Shown here in pieces: positions 1 through 8,863 of a stretch of DNA of 64,000 bases. Source of the DNA: Candidatus Bipolaricaulota bacterium (GTDB lineage: Bacteria > Bipolaricaulota > Bipolaricaulia > UBA7950 > UBA9294); contig JBFMGK010000027.1 in assembly GCA_040752575.1 (NCBI GenBank), positions 56,016 through 120,015 on the forward strand, read 5' to 3'. A program made the position numbers and the translations under genes. The notes beneath the pieces are model-generated. The model saw only the letters and a program-made list of their open reading frames with translations. It searched no databases and was not told the origin of the DNA. Within the stretch, counting starts at the first letter, position 1, and each line of letters starts with the position of its first letter.

Positions 1-870
1 TCGCTTGACGGCCGCTCGATCGACAGCCACCCGCTCCTCTGCAAAACGGCGAAACGGCAGAATGCGGTCCGCGCGCTCGAGGAGTGGCTCGTCGAGCGGA
101 CGCTGCCCGAACTTGTCGGCCTTCTGGATGGACTCGATGCCGAGGACCTCGCATTCCTGCGCGAGGGTGTCGACCAGAATGTGCGCCTGGCCGAGTACGG
201 ACTCACGTACGGGCCCGGGCTCGGTGTGGGTCTCACCCTGGAACGGCTTGCCCGCGAAGGATTGCTGAAGCGGGACATGGTCCTTGCGGCGAGAGTGCTG
301 ACCTCGGCAGCCTCGGACGCCCGCATGGCCGGGGTTCGCATGCCGGCCATGAGTTCCGCCGGATCCGGGAACCACGGACTCACGGCCATCCTTCCCGTCT
401 GGGCGGTCAGGGAGTACGTGGACGTCGACGATGAGAGCCGCGTCCTGCGGGCAATCGCCCTGAGTCACGTCATCACGGCCCACATCAAGTCCCACACCGG
501 ACGCCTCTCCGCGATCTGCGGATGCTCGATCGCCGCCGGAGCGGGCGCGACGGCGGCCATTACGTACCTGATGGGAGGAAACCACCACCACATCGCCGGC
601 GCGATCAAGAACGTCGTCGGCGATCTTGCGGGCGTCATCTGCGATGGCGCGAAGGCCGGATGCTCGCTCAAGTTGGCGACCGCGGCCGGAACCGCGGTCC
701 TGTCGGCGCTGTTCGCGCTTCACGGACTCGACATCCAGGCGACCGACGGCATTGTGGCGGTCTCGCCGGAGGAGACGATGCGCAACGTGGGGCAGCTCTC
801 CACCGAGGGGATGATCGAGACCGACCGTACGATCCTCGACATTCTCCTTCAGAAGCGCCTCCACAGCTGA
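1..870 (+). CDS. L-cysteine desulfidase / serine dehydratase alpha-family protein (YhaM/CyuA-like), 5'-truncated by window edge
   Basis: Frame is open from base 1. Motifs SDARMAG, MSSAGSGNHG, GRLSAICGC and ICDGAKAGCSLK are typical of the family. Confidence 0.85.
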   Translation, partial: SLDGRSIDSHPLLCKTAKRQNAVRALEEWLVERTLPELVGLLDGLDAEDLAFLREGVDQNVRLAEYGLTYGPGLGVGLTLERLAREGLLKRDMVLAARVLTSAASDARMAGVRMPAMSSAGSGNHGLTAILPVWAVREYVDVDDESRVLRAIALSHVITAHIKSHTGRLSAICGCSIAAGAGATAAITYLMGGNHHHIAGAIKNVVGDLAGVICDGAKAGCSLKLATAAGTAVLSALFALHGLDIQATDGIVAVSPEETMRNVGQLSTEGMIETDRTILDILLQKRLHS

Positions 871-951
871 TGCATCGGCGGCCGGACGTGGTTTGGGCTG
901 CGGATCCGCGCTAGGATCGACGGTGCGATCGAGCGTGAAAGGGCGGCGAGC

Positions 952-1662
952 ATGGCGGACGCGTACGCCAAGATGGCGCGCTACTACGACAAGATCTACG
1001 CGGGCAAAGACTACGCGACCGAGGTCGGACGGCTCCTCGCTCTCCTCGGCGATGCGGGCGGCATGCGTCGCACGCTCCTCGACGTCGCGTGCGGTACCGG
1101 TCGCCACCTCGAACTTCTGCGCGAGCACTTCGCGGTCGAGGGACTGGACGTCTGTCGCGAAGCGCTCGACGTCGCGCGGCGGCGCTGCCCCGGGGTCGTC
1201 CTGCACGTCGCCGACATGACCGGGTTCCACCTAGGAAAGACGTTCGACGTCGTCACCTGTCTTTTCAGCTCCATTGGCTATGCTAGAACGCTCGAGGGGC
1301 TACGCGCAGCGGTGTTCACGATGGCAGCGCATCTTGCGCCGGGCGGAGCCCTCATCGTGGAACCGTGGTTCACCCCCGACGAATGGCGTCCGAACACGGT
1401 CCATGCCAGCTACGTCGACGAGCCCGAGCTCAAGATTGCGCGCGTCAACACGAGCCTCGTCGACGGGCGCATCTCGATCCTCGACCTGCACTACCTCGTC
1501 GGCACTCCCGAGAGGACCGAGCACCTCGTCGAGCGCCACGAGTTGGGGTTGTTCGAGGTCGACGAGATGAGGGCGCCGATGGAGGCGGCGGGGCTGGCCG
1601 TGGAGTACGACGCGGAAGGCCTCACGGGACGCGGGCTGTACATCGCGCGGCGCACCCCATGA
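952..1662 (+). CDS. Class I SAM-dependent methyltransferase (TylM1/DesVI-like)
   Basis: LLDVACGTG motif [23 protein letters not shown]. Confidence 0.85.
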   Translation: MADAYAKMARYYDKIYAGKDYATEVGRLLALLGDAGGMRRTLLDVACGTGRHLELLREHFAVEGLDVCREALDVARRRCPGVVLHVADMTGFHLGKTFDVVTCLFSSIGYARTLEGLRAAVFTMAAHLAPGGALIVEPWFTPDEWRPNTVHASYVDEPELKIARVNTSLVDGRISILDLHYLVGTPERTEHLVERHELGLFEVDEMRAPMEAAGLAVEYDAEGLTGRGLYIARRTP

Positions 1663-1771
1663 CCGAACGGTATACGAGGTGGTCCTACGGCACCCTTGCG
1701 GCCGGACATCGGCCCCGTTCCGCGGGCTGGGCACGGAGCCAGGGCGAGGCTAGATCCGAAGGAGGGACACG

Positions 1772-2050
1772 ATGCCGCCCTTCGGAGCGGCGTCCTCGGG
1801 CCGGGCAAGTGATCGGAAGCTCCCCGATCAGGGGCTGATCCGCGCGATCCGTTCCATGAGCGCCGCCGAGTACGCGACGATGGGGCTCTCCATGCGGCCG
1901 GCCGAGCCAACCCACCATGCGTCGGCACTCGACGTGTTGAAGGACATCGCCGACGAGAAGCGAGTCCACGCTGGCGAGTTCCTCCGCTTGCTGGTTGAAC
2001 TCGCGGCCGAGGCCGCGGCAGAACCGCGGCCTCGGCCATTCGTAGAGTGA
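1772..2050 (+). pseudogene. Degenerate ferritin-like (rubrerythrin / encapsulin-associated ferritin-type) protein, possible pseudogene
   Basis: DRKL..LIRAIR..AAEY and VLKDIADEKRVHAGEFLRLL match the family, but several expected acidic ligands are replaced. RBS GGAGG upstream. Confidence 0.55.
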
Positions 2051-2054
2051 GAAC

Positions 2055-3500
2055 TCAAGGAGCGGCCGTGAGAATCGCGCGGATCATCGCATTGGCGCCA
2101 TACGGCAGAACCTCGGTCCAGTCGGGGATCGAGAGGCTTCGTCCGGTTGGCGTCCCGAGGTCGACGCCGAGCCAGGGGTAGTTCTCGGCGTCGGTCTGAA
2201 GGTAGCCGATGAAGAAGTCCGCCTGCGGCGCGAAGCCCGCGCCGGAGAGATCGACCTCGAGCCATCCCGCCTTCTCGGTGGGCAGGACGTCGACCGGGGG
2301 GATCAGGTCCTCTCCGTGTTCGCTCCAGACGTGTAGTTCGATCGGTGCGGGGACTCCCCGGATTCCGGAGACAAACAGCAGCGCGCTGCGCAGCACGGCT
2401 CCCCCTGCCGGAGGCGTGAAGCGCACGGCGTACCCGGCTCCCCGCACCGCAAAGCCGCGGTCCGTCTCGGCCGACCCGTCGTCGTAGGCGAGTTCGATGA
2501 TGCGGTCGGCGGCTGAAGAGCGCTGGGTCAGGATCCGGATCATCGCGCAATCTCCCACGGGAAGCAGCGGCGTCCACTGGGGCACGTTGTAGCTCCGGTC
2601 CGAGGTCGTCGACATGTCGATCCCGAGCCACGGGTAGTCCTCGGCCGACGTCTGGAGATAGCCGACGTAGACGTCGCCATCAAGCACGAGTCCCGCGGAC
2701 GAGAGGTCGACGTCGAACCACCCGTCCGCCGTCGGCGTAGCGAGCAGGGGAGCCATGAGGTCGTTTCTCTGGGCGTCCCAAACGTGGATCTCGATGGGCG
2801 CAGGATCGCCGTGCTGGCCGTTGACGTAGAAATTCGCTTGCAGGAGCGCGTCTCCCAGCTCGGTCGGGGTGAATCGGACGGCGAACCCTGTGCCGACATC
2901 GCCCCGCCCCCTCGACGCGTCCGGCGACCCGTCATCGTAGGCCAGGGGAACCGCGTCGCCACCCGCAGCGGGGCGCTGGGTGAGGATGCGGATCATCGCT
3001 GAGGCTCCGGTCGGCAGAAGCGGATTCCACTCTGGCACGCTGTAGCTTCGATCCGTTGCCGTCGACGTGTCGACGCCGAGCCACGGGTGGTCCTCGGCTG
3101 ACGTCTGGACGTACCCGACGTAGATATCGCCCGTGATGGCGAGGCCGGCTGAGGACACGTCGACATCAAACCATCCCGCGGCGAGCGGCGTCGCCAGCAC
3201 GGGCGCGATGAGATCGCGCTTGTCGGCGTCCCAGACGTGGATCTCGACCGTTGCGGGGTCGCCGTTCAGGCCCTTGACGAAGAAGCGGACGCGGAGCAGT
3301 GTGTCCCCCGGATCGGCAGGGCTGAAGCGTACGGCAAACCCGCCCTGCGCAACGCTCGTAGCCCGTCCCTCCTCCGCCGACCCGTCGTCGTAGGCGATCT
3401 CGGTGTCTTCTGCCAGCGCAGCGCACCCGATCGCCAACGCGAGGCACACAAGTCCTGCAGCTGCCCAAACCCAACGATTCCCCGCCCTTGTCTTCGCCAT
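2055..3500 (-). CDS. Secreted protein made of three tandem ~147-aa YDDG beta-rich domains
   Basis: Signal peptide, then three copies of AYDDGS...AVRF.P...EIHVW...GW..VD.S.AG...GY.QT..E..PWLG.D...AMIR. Confidence 0.85.
   Translation of the reverse strand: MAKTRAGNRWVWAAAGLVCLALAIGCAALAEDTEIAYDDGSAEEGRATSVAQGGFAVRFSPADPGDTLLRVRFFVKGLNGDPATVEIHVWDADKRDLIAPVLATPLAAGWFDVDVSSAGLAITGDIYVGYVQTSAEDHPWLGVDTSTATDRSYSVPEWNPLLPTGASAMIRILTQRPAAGGDAVPLAYDDGSPDASRGRGDVGTGFAVRFTPTELGDALLQANFYVNGQHGDPAPIEIHVWDAQRNDLMAPLLATPTADGWFDVDLSSAGLVLDGDVYVGYLQTSAEDYPWLGIDMSTTSDRSYNVPQWTPLLPVGDCAMIRILTQRSSAADRIIELAYDDGSAETDRGFAVRGAGYAVRFTPPAGGAVLRSALLFVSGIRGVPAPIELHVWSEHGEDLIPPVDVLPTEKAGWLEVDLSGAGFAPQADFFIGYLQTDAENYPWLGVDLGTPTGRSLSIPDWTEVLPYGANAMIRAILTAAP
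2070..3404 (-). repeat. Three intragenic tandem repeats of ~440 bp
   Basis: Repeats are visible in both protein and DNA (e.g. ccgacccgtcgtcgtaggcga near 2471 and 3376). Confidence 0.85.
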
Positions 3501-3656
3501 CGCTGACCTCCCCGTTCATGCGCTCCGCGCGTGCATCCAGCGTAGCGCGTGCGCCGCCGCACCGGCTAGTCCCCTGGACGGAGATGAGTGCGCGGGACTC
3601 GCTGCCGTGCGCGGCAGGCTGCATCCTCGGCTACGATCCCTTCTGAAGGAGAAGAG

Positions 3657-4325
3657 ATGCCCAAGCTCTGCCCCAAAGTGATCCTCGAAGGCACGCGGCT
3701 CACGATGAAGACCGAGATCGCGCTTGCGCTCAATGAGCACCCGCGCATCGTCGGGCCTCGGAAGTACCGCTACCCCTCGCCGCTCATCTCGGCCGAGTGG
3801 TGTGGGTTCACGAACGTCCCCTGGGGGCGCGGGCTCATCAACTTCGCGCCGGACGAAGAGGCGCTGGCGATGGAGACGTACCGGACGTGGGTTCGGCTGT
3901 TCGAGTTGGAGCGGTACTACTCGTGGATCGTCGACCGCTTCCATATCTCGACCCAGGCCTACCAACTCCGCGCACATGGGACGCAGTACGACTTCCGCTG
4001 GCTCGAGGAGAGGCTGCGGCCGCTGGGGTTTCGCATGGTGTTCTGCACGCGGCGCCCGGAGACCTTCGCCGCGGCACGCGCCGAGCGCCTGAAGGTCTCG
4101 GGCAACCCGCGGCAGTACGACGACCTCTCGGTCTTCCTTCGCGAGCAAGATCTGCTGCGAGATCTTGTCGCCCGGTCGACCCTTCCCGTGTTCGAACTCG
4201 ATGTGTCGGAGAGCGACGTCCCTCGGGCAGCCGATCGGATTGCCGACTGGCTCGCGGCAACCGGCGGGCTCACGATGCCTGATGCGGAGGGTGGTCCGGA
4301 GAAAGGGCAAGGCGAGGACGGATGA
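3657..4325 (+). CDS. Hypothetical protein with nucleoside/nucleotide kinase-like fold (degenerate P-loop)
   Basis: GAAGGAG RBS before ATG 3657; VILEGTRLTMKT and IVDRFH resemble the thymidylate/deoxynucleoside kinase P-loop and DR motif. Confidence 0.6.
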   Translation: MPKLCPKVILEGTRLTMKTEIALALNEHPRIVGPRKYRYPSPLISAEWCGFTNVPWGRGLINFAPDEEALAMETYRTWVRLFELERYYSWIVDRFHISTQAYQLRAHGTQYDFRWLEERLRPLGFRMVFCTRRPETFAAARAERLKVSGNPRQYDDLSVFLREQDLLRDLVARSTLPVFELDVSESDVPRAADRIADWLAATGGLTMPDAEGGPEKGQGEDG

Positions 4326-4720
4326 CGTACGACTCCACGAGGCTACTCGTCACGCGGTTTCGGGAGTGCTTCCGCTTCTACCGGGATGCGATCGGTCTTG
4401 CGCCGCGATGCGGGACGGAAGACGACACGTATGCGGACTTCGCAACGGGAGCCACGGGAATCTCGCTCTTCGACCCGCGCGAGATGACCGAAACCCTGCG
4501 AACGTGCGATCGGCCGCCCCGACTTGCGGCGCAGGATGCCGTGTGCCTGGTCTTCGGGGTCGGCGACGTCGACGCCGTCTGCGATCGGCTGCGAACGAAG
4601 GGCGTCGCGATCGTCGCGCCGCCGACCGACCATCCGGAGTGGCGCATTCGGACGGCGCACGTTCGCGACCCTGAGGGAAACCTGATCGAGATCAACCAGC
4701 CCGTCGCGCGTGGACTCTGA
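4322..4720 (+). CDS. VOC / glyoxalase family protein
   Basis: RLLV..F..C..FYRD..GL; VRDPEGNLIEI; ATGA overlap with upstream gene. Confidence 0.9.
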   Translation: MTYDSTRLLVTRFRECFRFYRDAIGLAPRCGTEDDTYADFATGATGISLFDPREMTETLRTCDRPPRLAAQDAVCLVFGVGDVDAVCDRLRTKGVAIVAPPTDHPEWRIRTAHVRDPEGNLIEINQPVARGL

Positions 4721-4781
4721 CGACGCGCTCGTTCCGGCGCATCATCCGCCGTAAGATCGGGCGGTCGTGCGGAGGAATGCG

Positions 4782-5603
4782 GTGGACGATCGCGAAGTGG
4801 GCCGGCTGTGGAACGAGAATGCGGAGACATGGACGCGACTTGCGCGCGCAGGCTATGACGTCTATCGCGATCGGCTCAACACGCCGGCCTTTCTCGCCAT
4901 GCTGCCCGACGTTGGCGGACTCCACGGCATCGACGTCGGCTGTGGCGAGGGACACAACACGCGGCTCGTGGCGCAACGGGGTGCGCGGCTCGTCGCGATC
5001 GACATCTCCGAGGTATTCATCCGGCATGCCCGGGAAGCCGAAGAGCGTGAGCCGCTGGGTATCGACTATCGAGTCGCGAGCGCTCTCGACCTGCCGTTCG
5101 GCGACGCGGCATTCGACTTCGCAACCGCGTTCATGAGCCTGATGGACATGCCGAACGTCGAGAAGGCGGTCGCCGAGACGTACCGGGTGCTTCGGTCCGG
5201 CGGGTTCCTCCAGTTCTCGATTCTTCACCCCCTCCTCGACATGCCTCATCACCGGAACCTGCGCGACGAGCGGGGGAAGACCTACGCGTACGAGGTCGGC
5301 GGGTACTTCGACAAACTGGACGGAAAGGTCGAGGAATGGACGTTCAGTGCCGCGCCGGATGAAGTGCGGCGAACCGTCCCGAAGTTCCGGGTCGCGCGAT
5401 TCAACCGGCCGCTGTGCGAGTGGCTCAACCTCTTGCTGGATGTGGGGTTCACGATCGAGCGGATGGGCGAGCCTTGTCCGAGCGACGACATGGTCGCTCG
5501 GGCCCCGCATCTCCAGGATGCCCAGGTGATACCCTACTTCCTGCATATCCGAGTTCGAAAGATTGCGCACGAAGTGAGGAGATCCTCTGATGGCGAGCGA
5601 TGA
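4782..5603 (+). CDS. Class I SAM-dependent methyltransferase
   Basis: IDVGCGEG; AFMSLMDM; YRVLRSGGFLQFSILHP; GGAGG RBS before GTG 4782. Confidence 0.88.
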   Translation: MDDREVGRLWNENAETWTRLARAGYDVYRDRLNTPAFLAMLPDVGGLHGIDVGCGEGHNTRLVAQRGARLVAIDISEVFIRHAREAEEREPLGIDYRVASALDLPFGDAAFDFATAFMSLMDMPNVEKAVAETYRVLRSGGFLQFSILHPLLDMPHHRNLRDERGKTYAYEVGGYFDKLDGKVEEWTFSAAPDEVRRTVPKFRVARFNRPLCEWLNLLLDVGFTIERMGEPCPSDDMVARAPHLQDAQVIPYFLHIRVRKIAHEVRRSSDGER

Positions 5604-5994
5604 CACGATGGCGGTGTGCGGGCTCGATTGCGGATCGTGTTCGATCCGTCGCTACGCGTTCGACGAGAAGGCGGCCTCCGAAGCTATCCCCTGGTATCGG
5701 AAGATGGGCTGGCTCAGTGAGAGCGACGGCGTCGCGGAGGCCGTGACGAGAGGGCTCGTCTGCGAAGGCTGTCGCGGTGACCGCGCGCGTCACTGGTCGG
5801 CGGACTGCTGGATCCTTCAATGCTGCATCGATCAGCGGGGATTGCGTCACTGTGCTGAGTGCCCGGTCTTCCCGTGCGTGCGCCTCGTTGCGTGGTCGAA
5901 GACCGACGACTCGTATGCGAAGGCGCTGGCTCGACTGCAGGACGTGGCCGGGCAGGCCGCTCGACCGGCAAGCAGGGGAGCGATCGCCGAGTGA
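5590..5994 (+). CDS. DUF3795-type Cys-rich metal-binding protein
   Basis: CGLDCGSC...CEGC...CWILQCC...HCAECPVFPC. Confidence 0.8.
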   Translation: MASDDTMAVCGLDCGSCSIRRYAFDEKAASEAIPWYRKMGWLSESDGVAEAVTRGLVCEGCRGDRARHWSADCWILQCCIDQRGLRHCAECPVFPCVRLVAWSKTDDSYAKALARLQDVAGQAARPASRGAIAE

Positions 5995-6248
5995 TTGAGG
6001 AGCCGGCCTCGCGCGGAGTCCACGAACGAGCAGCTGAATGGACTCCACGCCGAGGCGTCTGCCCGTCCGGCCTTGGCGATCGACTCGGTAGGGCAGGTCC
6101 GAACGTCTGGTTCGGGCTGGGTGACGGCCCGCAGCGGGAACGCATCGTCGATTCGTCCATGTGGTCTGGGATGGCGGCGTACACGCGGGACACGATAGTG
6201 GCTGCGAACTACCCGAGGGGGAAGATCGGCGCGCCCGATCGCGCGAAC

Positions 6249-6695
6249 CTACGCCGGCGCGTTGCGGAGCGTGGCGGCTCGACGCACGATGCGCAGCAGA
6301 AGACCGGACTCGAAAGCGTCCGCCAGCGTTCCCATGTCGTGCGAGTCGCGCAGGACGAGGGCTGCAACGAGTCGGGCCAGCTGCTCGGGAGTTGCTCGTG
6401 CTAGGGCTTCTTCGTCGCCGACCAGTGCCTGGGCCTCCGGGGTCCTACTCCAGGCGGCGGCGTCGAAAGCCGGCGTCACCCATCCTATGGCGCGGAGGGC
6501 ATCGACGAAGGCCTCGGCACCGTCCGAGAGCACGAACTCTGGACCGACGAGGCCCTGGTGGGGCATCGGCCGCGCGGGGATCCACGTCCCGAAGCGAAAC
6601 GTCGGATCTTCGAACGTTGCCTCGAACTGCGCCAGGCATTCCATGTGCTCGCGCAAGTCGGGGCTCCGCGGATCGAGGTTCGTCGTCGTACACAT
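6249..6695 (-). CDS. DUF6508-like hypothetical protein
   Basis: C-terminal part of ORF 6249..7109: GWV..FD..AW...LVLRD...GTLADAFESGLLLRIVRR; start uncertain. Confidence 0.6.
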   Translation of the reverse strand: MCTTTNLDPRSPDLREHMECLAQFEATFEDPTFRFGTWIPARPMPHQGLVGPEFVLSDGAEAFVDALRAIGWVTPAFDAAAWSRTPEAQALVGDEEALARATPEQLARLVAALVLRDSHDMGTLADAFESGLLLRIVRRAATLRNAPA

Positions 6696-6775
6696 GCCAG
6701 AGCATCGTAGAACAACAGAAAGCGATGCGTCAACCTGAGGGGATTCGACGGTCGTGCGCTTCGGTCGATGCAGGT

Positions 6776-7795
6776 TCAGACTGCGAGGCGCGTGGGCGCG
6801 GGCTCGGCCGCGGGCCGGAGTTCCTTCTCGTACTCGATCACCTGGCGCAGGATGCGCATCCCCACGGCCTCGTAGAACCGCAGATCGCGGGTGAGCTGCT
6901 CCGAGCGCATGTCGAGCTCGACGCGGCGGCAACCCCGCGCGTGGAGTTCGCGGAACGCGTGACGCACGAGAGCGGCTCCGACGCCCCGGCCGCGCCATGC
7001 CGGTCGAACTCCAAGGTCGTCGACCGTCCCCTGGACGGCGTCGCGCGAGGTCTCCGCGCGGCACAGGCAGTAGCCGACGACCTCTTTGCCCTGAAGGGCG
7101 ACAAACCAAAGCGACGGGTCGAATTGCACGCCCTGCTCGTCGATCATGCGACGATAGGCGTCCACGACCTCGGCCCGGGGGCGGCGGGTGTGCCGAGGCT
7201 GATCGCGCCAGACGTCGCGGTAGGCGTCGACGAGGGCATCGAGGTCGCGTCGCGGCTTGGCGGTGCGCACCCTGACGCCGTCAGGGAACCTGGCGACGGG
7301 CGGCACGACGAGATCGACCCCCATACGGTTCTGCGTGGCGACAATCGAGAACCCTGCACGCGTGAGGGCGGCTCGACGCGCCTCGTCCCGCGCCGGGGCC
7401 GTCGTCCTCGCGACCACGCGGCCGTCCGCGGAAGCCGCCGTGGCCAAGCCGCGGAGCCTCTGGAGACCCCAAGCGCAAAGCTGGTCCCACAGCGACTCGC
7501 TTCGCTGGTGCTTGGGGTGGACGGCTTCGGTCAGGCCGAAAGCCGACTTCGAACCCTCGCCGGTCTCGACGCGTGCGACGGCGGCGAGCTCGCGTTTCTC
7601 ATCGAGGATGAGGAGCGAGTTCTCATCGACTCGGAAGCGCGGGCTCTGCCACCATGCATCGACGTCGCGCCGAGAGGTGGGTTCGTCGCCGAACATCATC
7701 CGCGAGCGTGCGTTGAAGAGGCCGAGGATGCGTTCTGCATCGGCAGGCTGTGCCGGCCTGGCCATCCAGCCTTCCGGCAGGTGCAGGTTGTACAC
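6776..7795 (-). CDS. Tandem-domain GNAT N-acetyltransferase (MshD-like architecture)
   Basis: LGVRPAWRGRGVGAAL acetyl-CoA motif; GAGGAG RBS before GTG start. Confidence 0.85.
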   Translation of the reverse strand: MYNLHLPEGWMARPAQPADAERILGLFNARSRMMFGDEPTSRRDVDAWWQSPRFRVDENSLLILDEKRELAAVARVETGEGSKSAFGLTEAVHPKHQRSESLWDQLCAWGLQRLRGLATAASADGRVVARTTAPARDEARRAALTRAGFSIVATQNRMGVDLVVPPVARFPDGVRVRTAKPRRDLDALVDAYRDVWRDQPRHTRRPRAEVVDAYRRMIDEQGVQFDPSLWFVALQGKEVVGYCLCRAETSRDAVQGTVDDLGVRPAWRGRGVGAALVRHAFRELHARGCRRVELDMRSEQLTRDLRFYEAVGMRILRQVIEYEKELRPAAEPAPTRLAV

Positions 7796-7898
7796 GTTTC
7801 CTCCTCGCCAACTTCCCAGCCCTCGAGACAGTGTAGCGTGCCGGAGAGCCGCAGGCGAACAACGTGTTGCGACGCGGCCGCGCGTCCGAACCCGACGG

Positions 7899-8795
7899 CT
7901 ATGCGAGGATCCACAAGAGAAGGCTCGTGAGGCCCACGGCGCCGAGGGTCGTCAAGAGGATGACCGAAGCGGTGAGCTCGGGACGCCGGCCGAACTGCCG
8001 GGACAGGATCAGGGCGTTGACCGCCGTCGGCGTACTGGCTTCGAGGATCAGCACGGCCCTCAGGAGACCGTCGTAGCCGAGGGCCGTCGCCGCCGCCCAC
8101 GCGAGGACCGGCGGAACGGCCAGTTTCGCGAGCGAGATCGGAGCGGCGAGTCGGAGGACGCCGCGCTCGCGCTCTCCGGCGAGTGACATGCCAAGGAGCA
8201 GTAGCTGCAAAGGGATCGCGGCGTCGGCGACAAAGTCGATCGGACGCGCGACGTAGGTCGGGACGCGCAGCCCGGTGAAGCGCACCGCGCCGGCCAGAAC
8301 AAGGGCGTAGAGCCATGGCACGGCGAAAACGGTCCGGGCCAACGCTCGCCCCGTCATCCCCTTCCGCCAGCTCGCATAGGGCACGCCGACGGCAATCTGG
8401 AACGCCTGATGGGCCACCGAATAGACGACGCCGAGCGCGAATCCTACCTCGCCAAACGCGAACAACAGCACCGGCAGACCGTAGTTTCCGCAATTGCAGA
8501 ACGAGAAAGAGAGCGTGGCCGCGGCACGGGTGTCGGCGTCCCAGCGCGCCGCCCGCCCGGCGAGGACGGCCAACAAGAAGAGAACGCCGTGCACGATGCC
8601 GACAAACACCGCGATGTCGAGGAAGGCTGCCTCGGAAATGGCGGGATTCTGGATCGACTGAAAGATGAGCGCCGGGACGAGGAGATAGAAGGAGAGCTGC
8701 GTCAGTGGCTGCGGATCGATCTTCGCGAATCGAGTCAGCGTGAAGCCGATAGCGGCAACCAGCACGACCGGGACCACGACATCGAGCAGGAACAC
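7899..8795 (-). CDS. AEC (auxin efflux carrier) family transporter
   Basis: About 10 hydrophobic segments; NCGNYGLP; PTAVN. Confidence 0.88.
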   Translation of the reverse strand: MFLLDVVVPVVLVAAIGFTLTRFAKIDPQPLTQLSFYLLVPALIFQSIQNPAISEAAFLDIAVFVGIVHGVLFLLAVLAGRAARWDADTRAAATLSFSFCNCGNYGLPVLLFAFGEVGFALGVVYSVAHQAFQIAVGVPYASWRKGMTGRALARTVFAVPWLYALVLAGAVRFTGLRVPTYVARPIDFVADAAIPLQLLLLGMSLAGERERGVLRLAAPISLAKLAVPPVLAWAAATALGYDGLLRAVLILEASTPTAVNALILSRQFGRRPELTASVILLTTLGAVGLTSLLLWILA

Positions 8796-8863
8796 AGGAT
8801 CCCCCCCATGCCAAGGCTACCGCGATCCGGGGTGACCGCGCAACGCCCGGCGCGGGACGCCTG

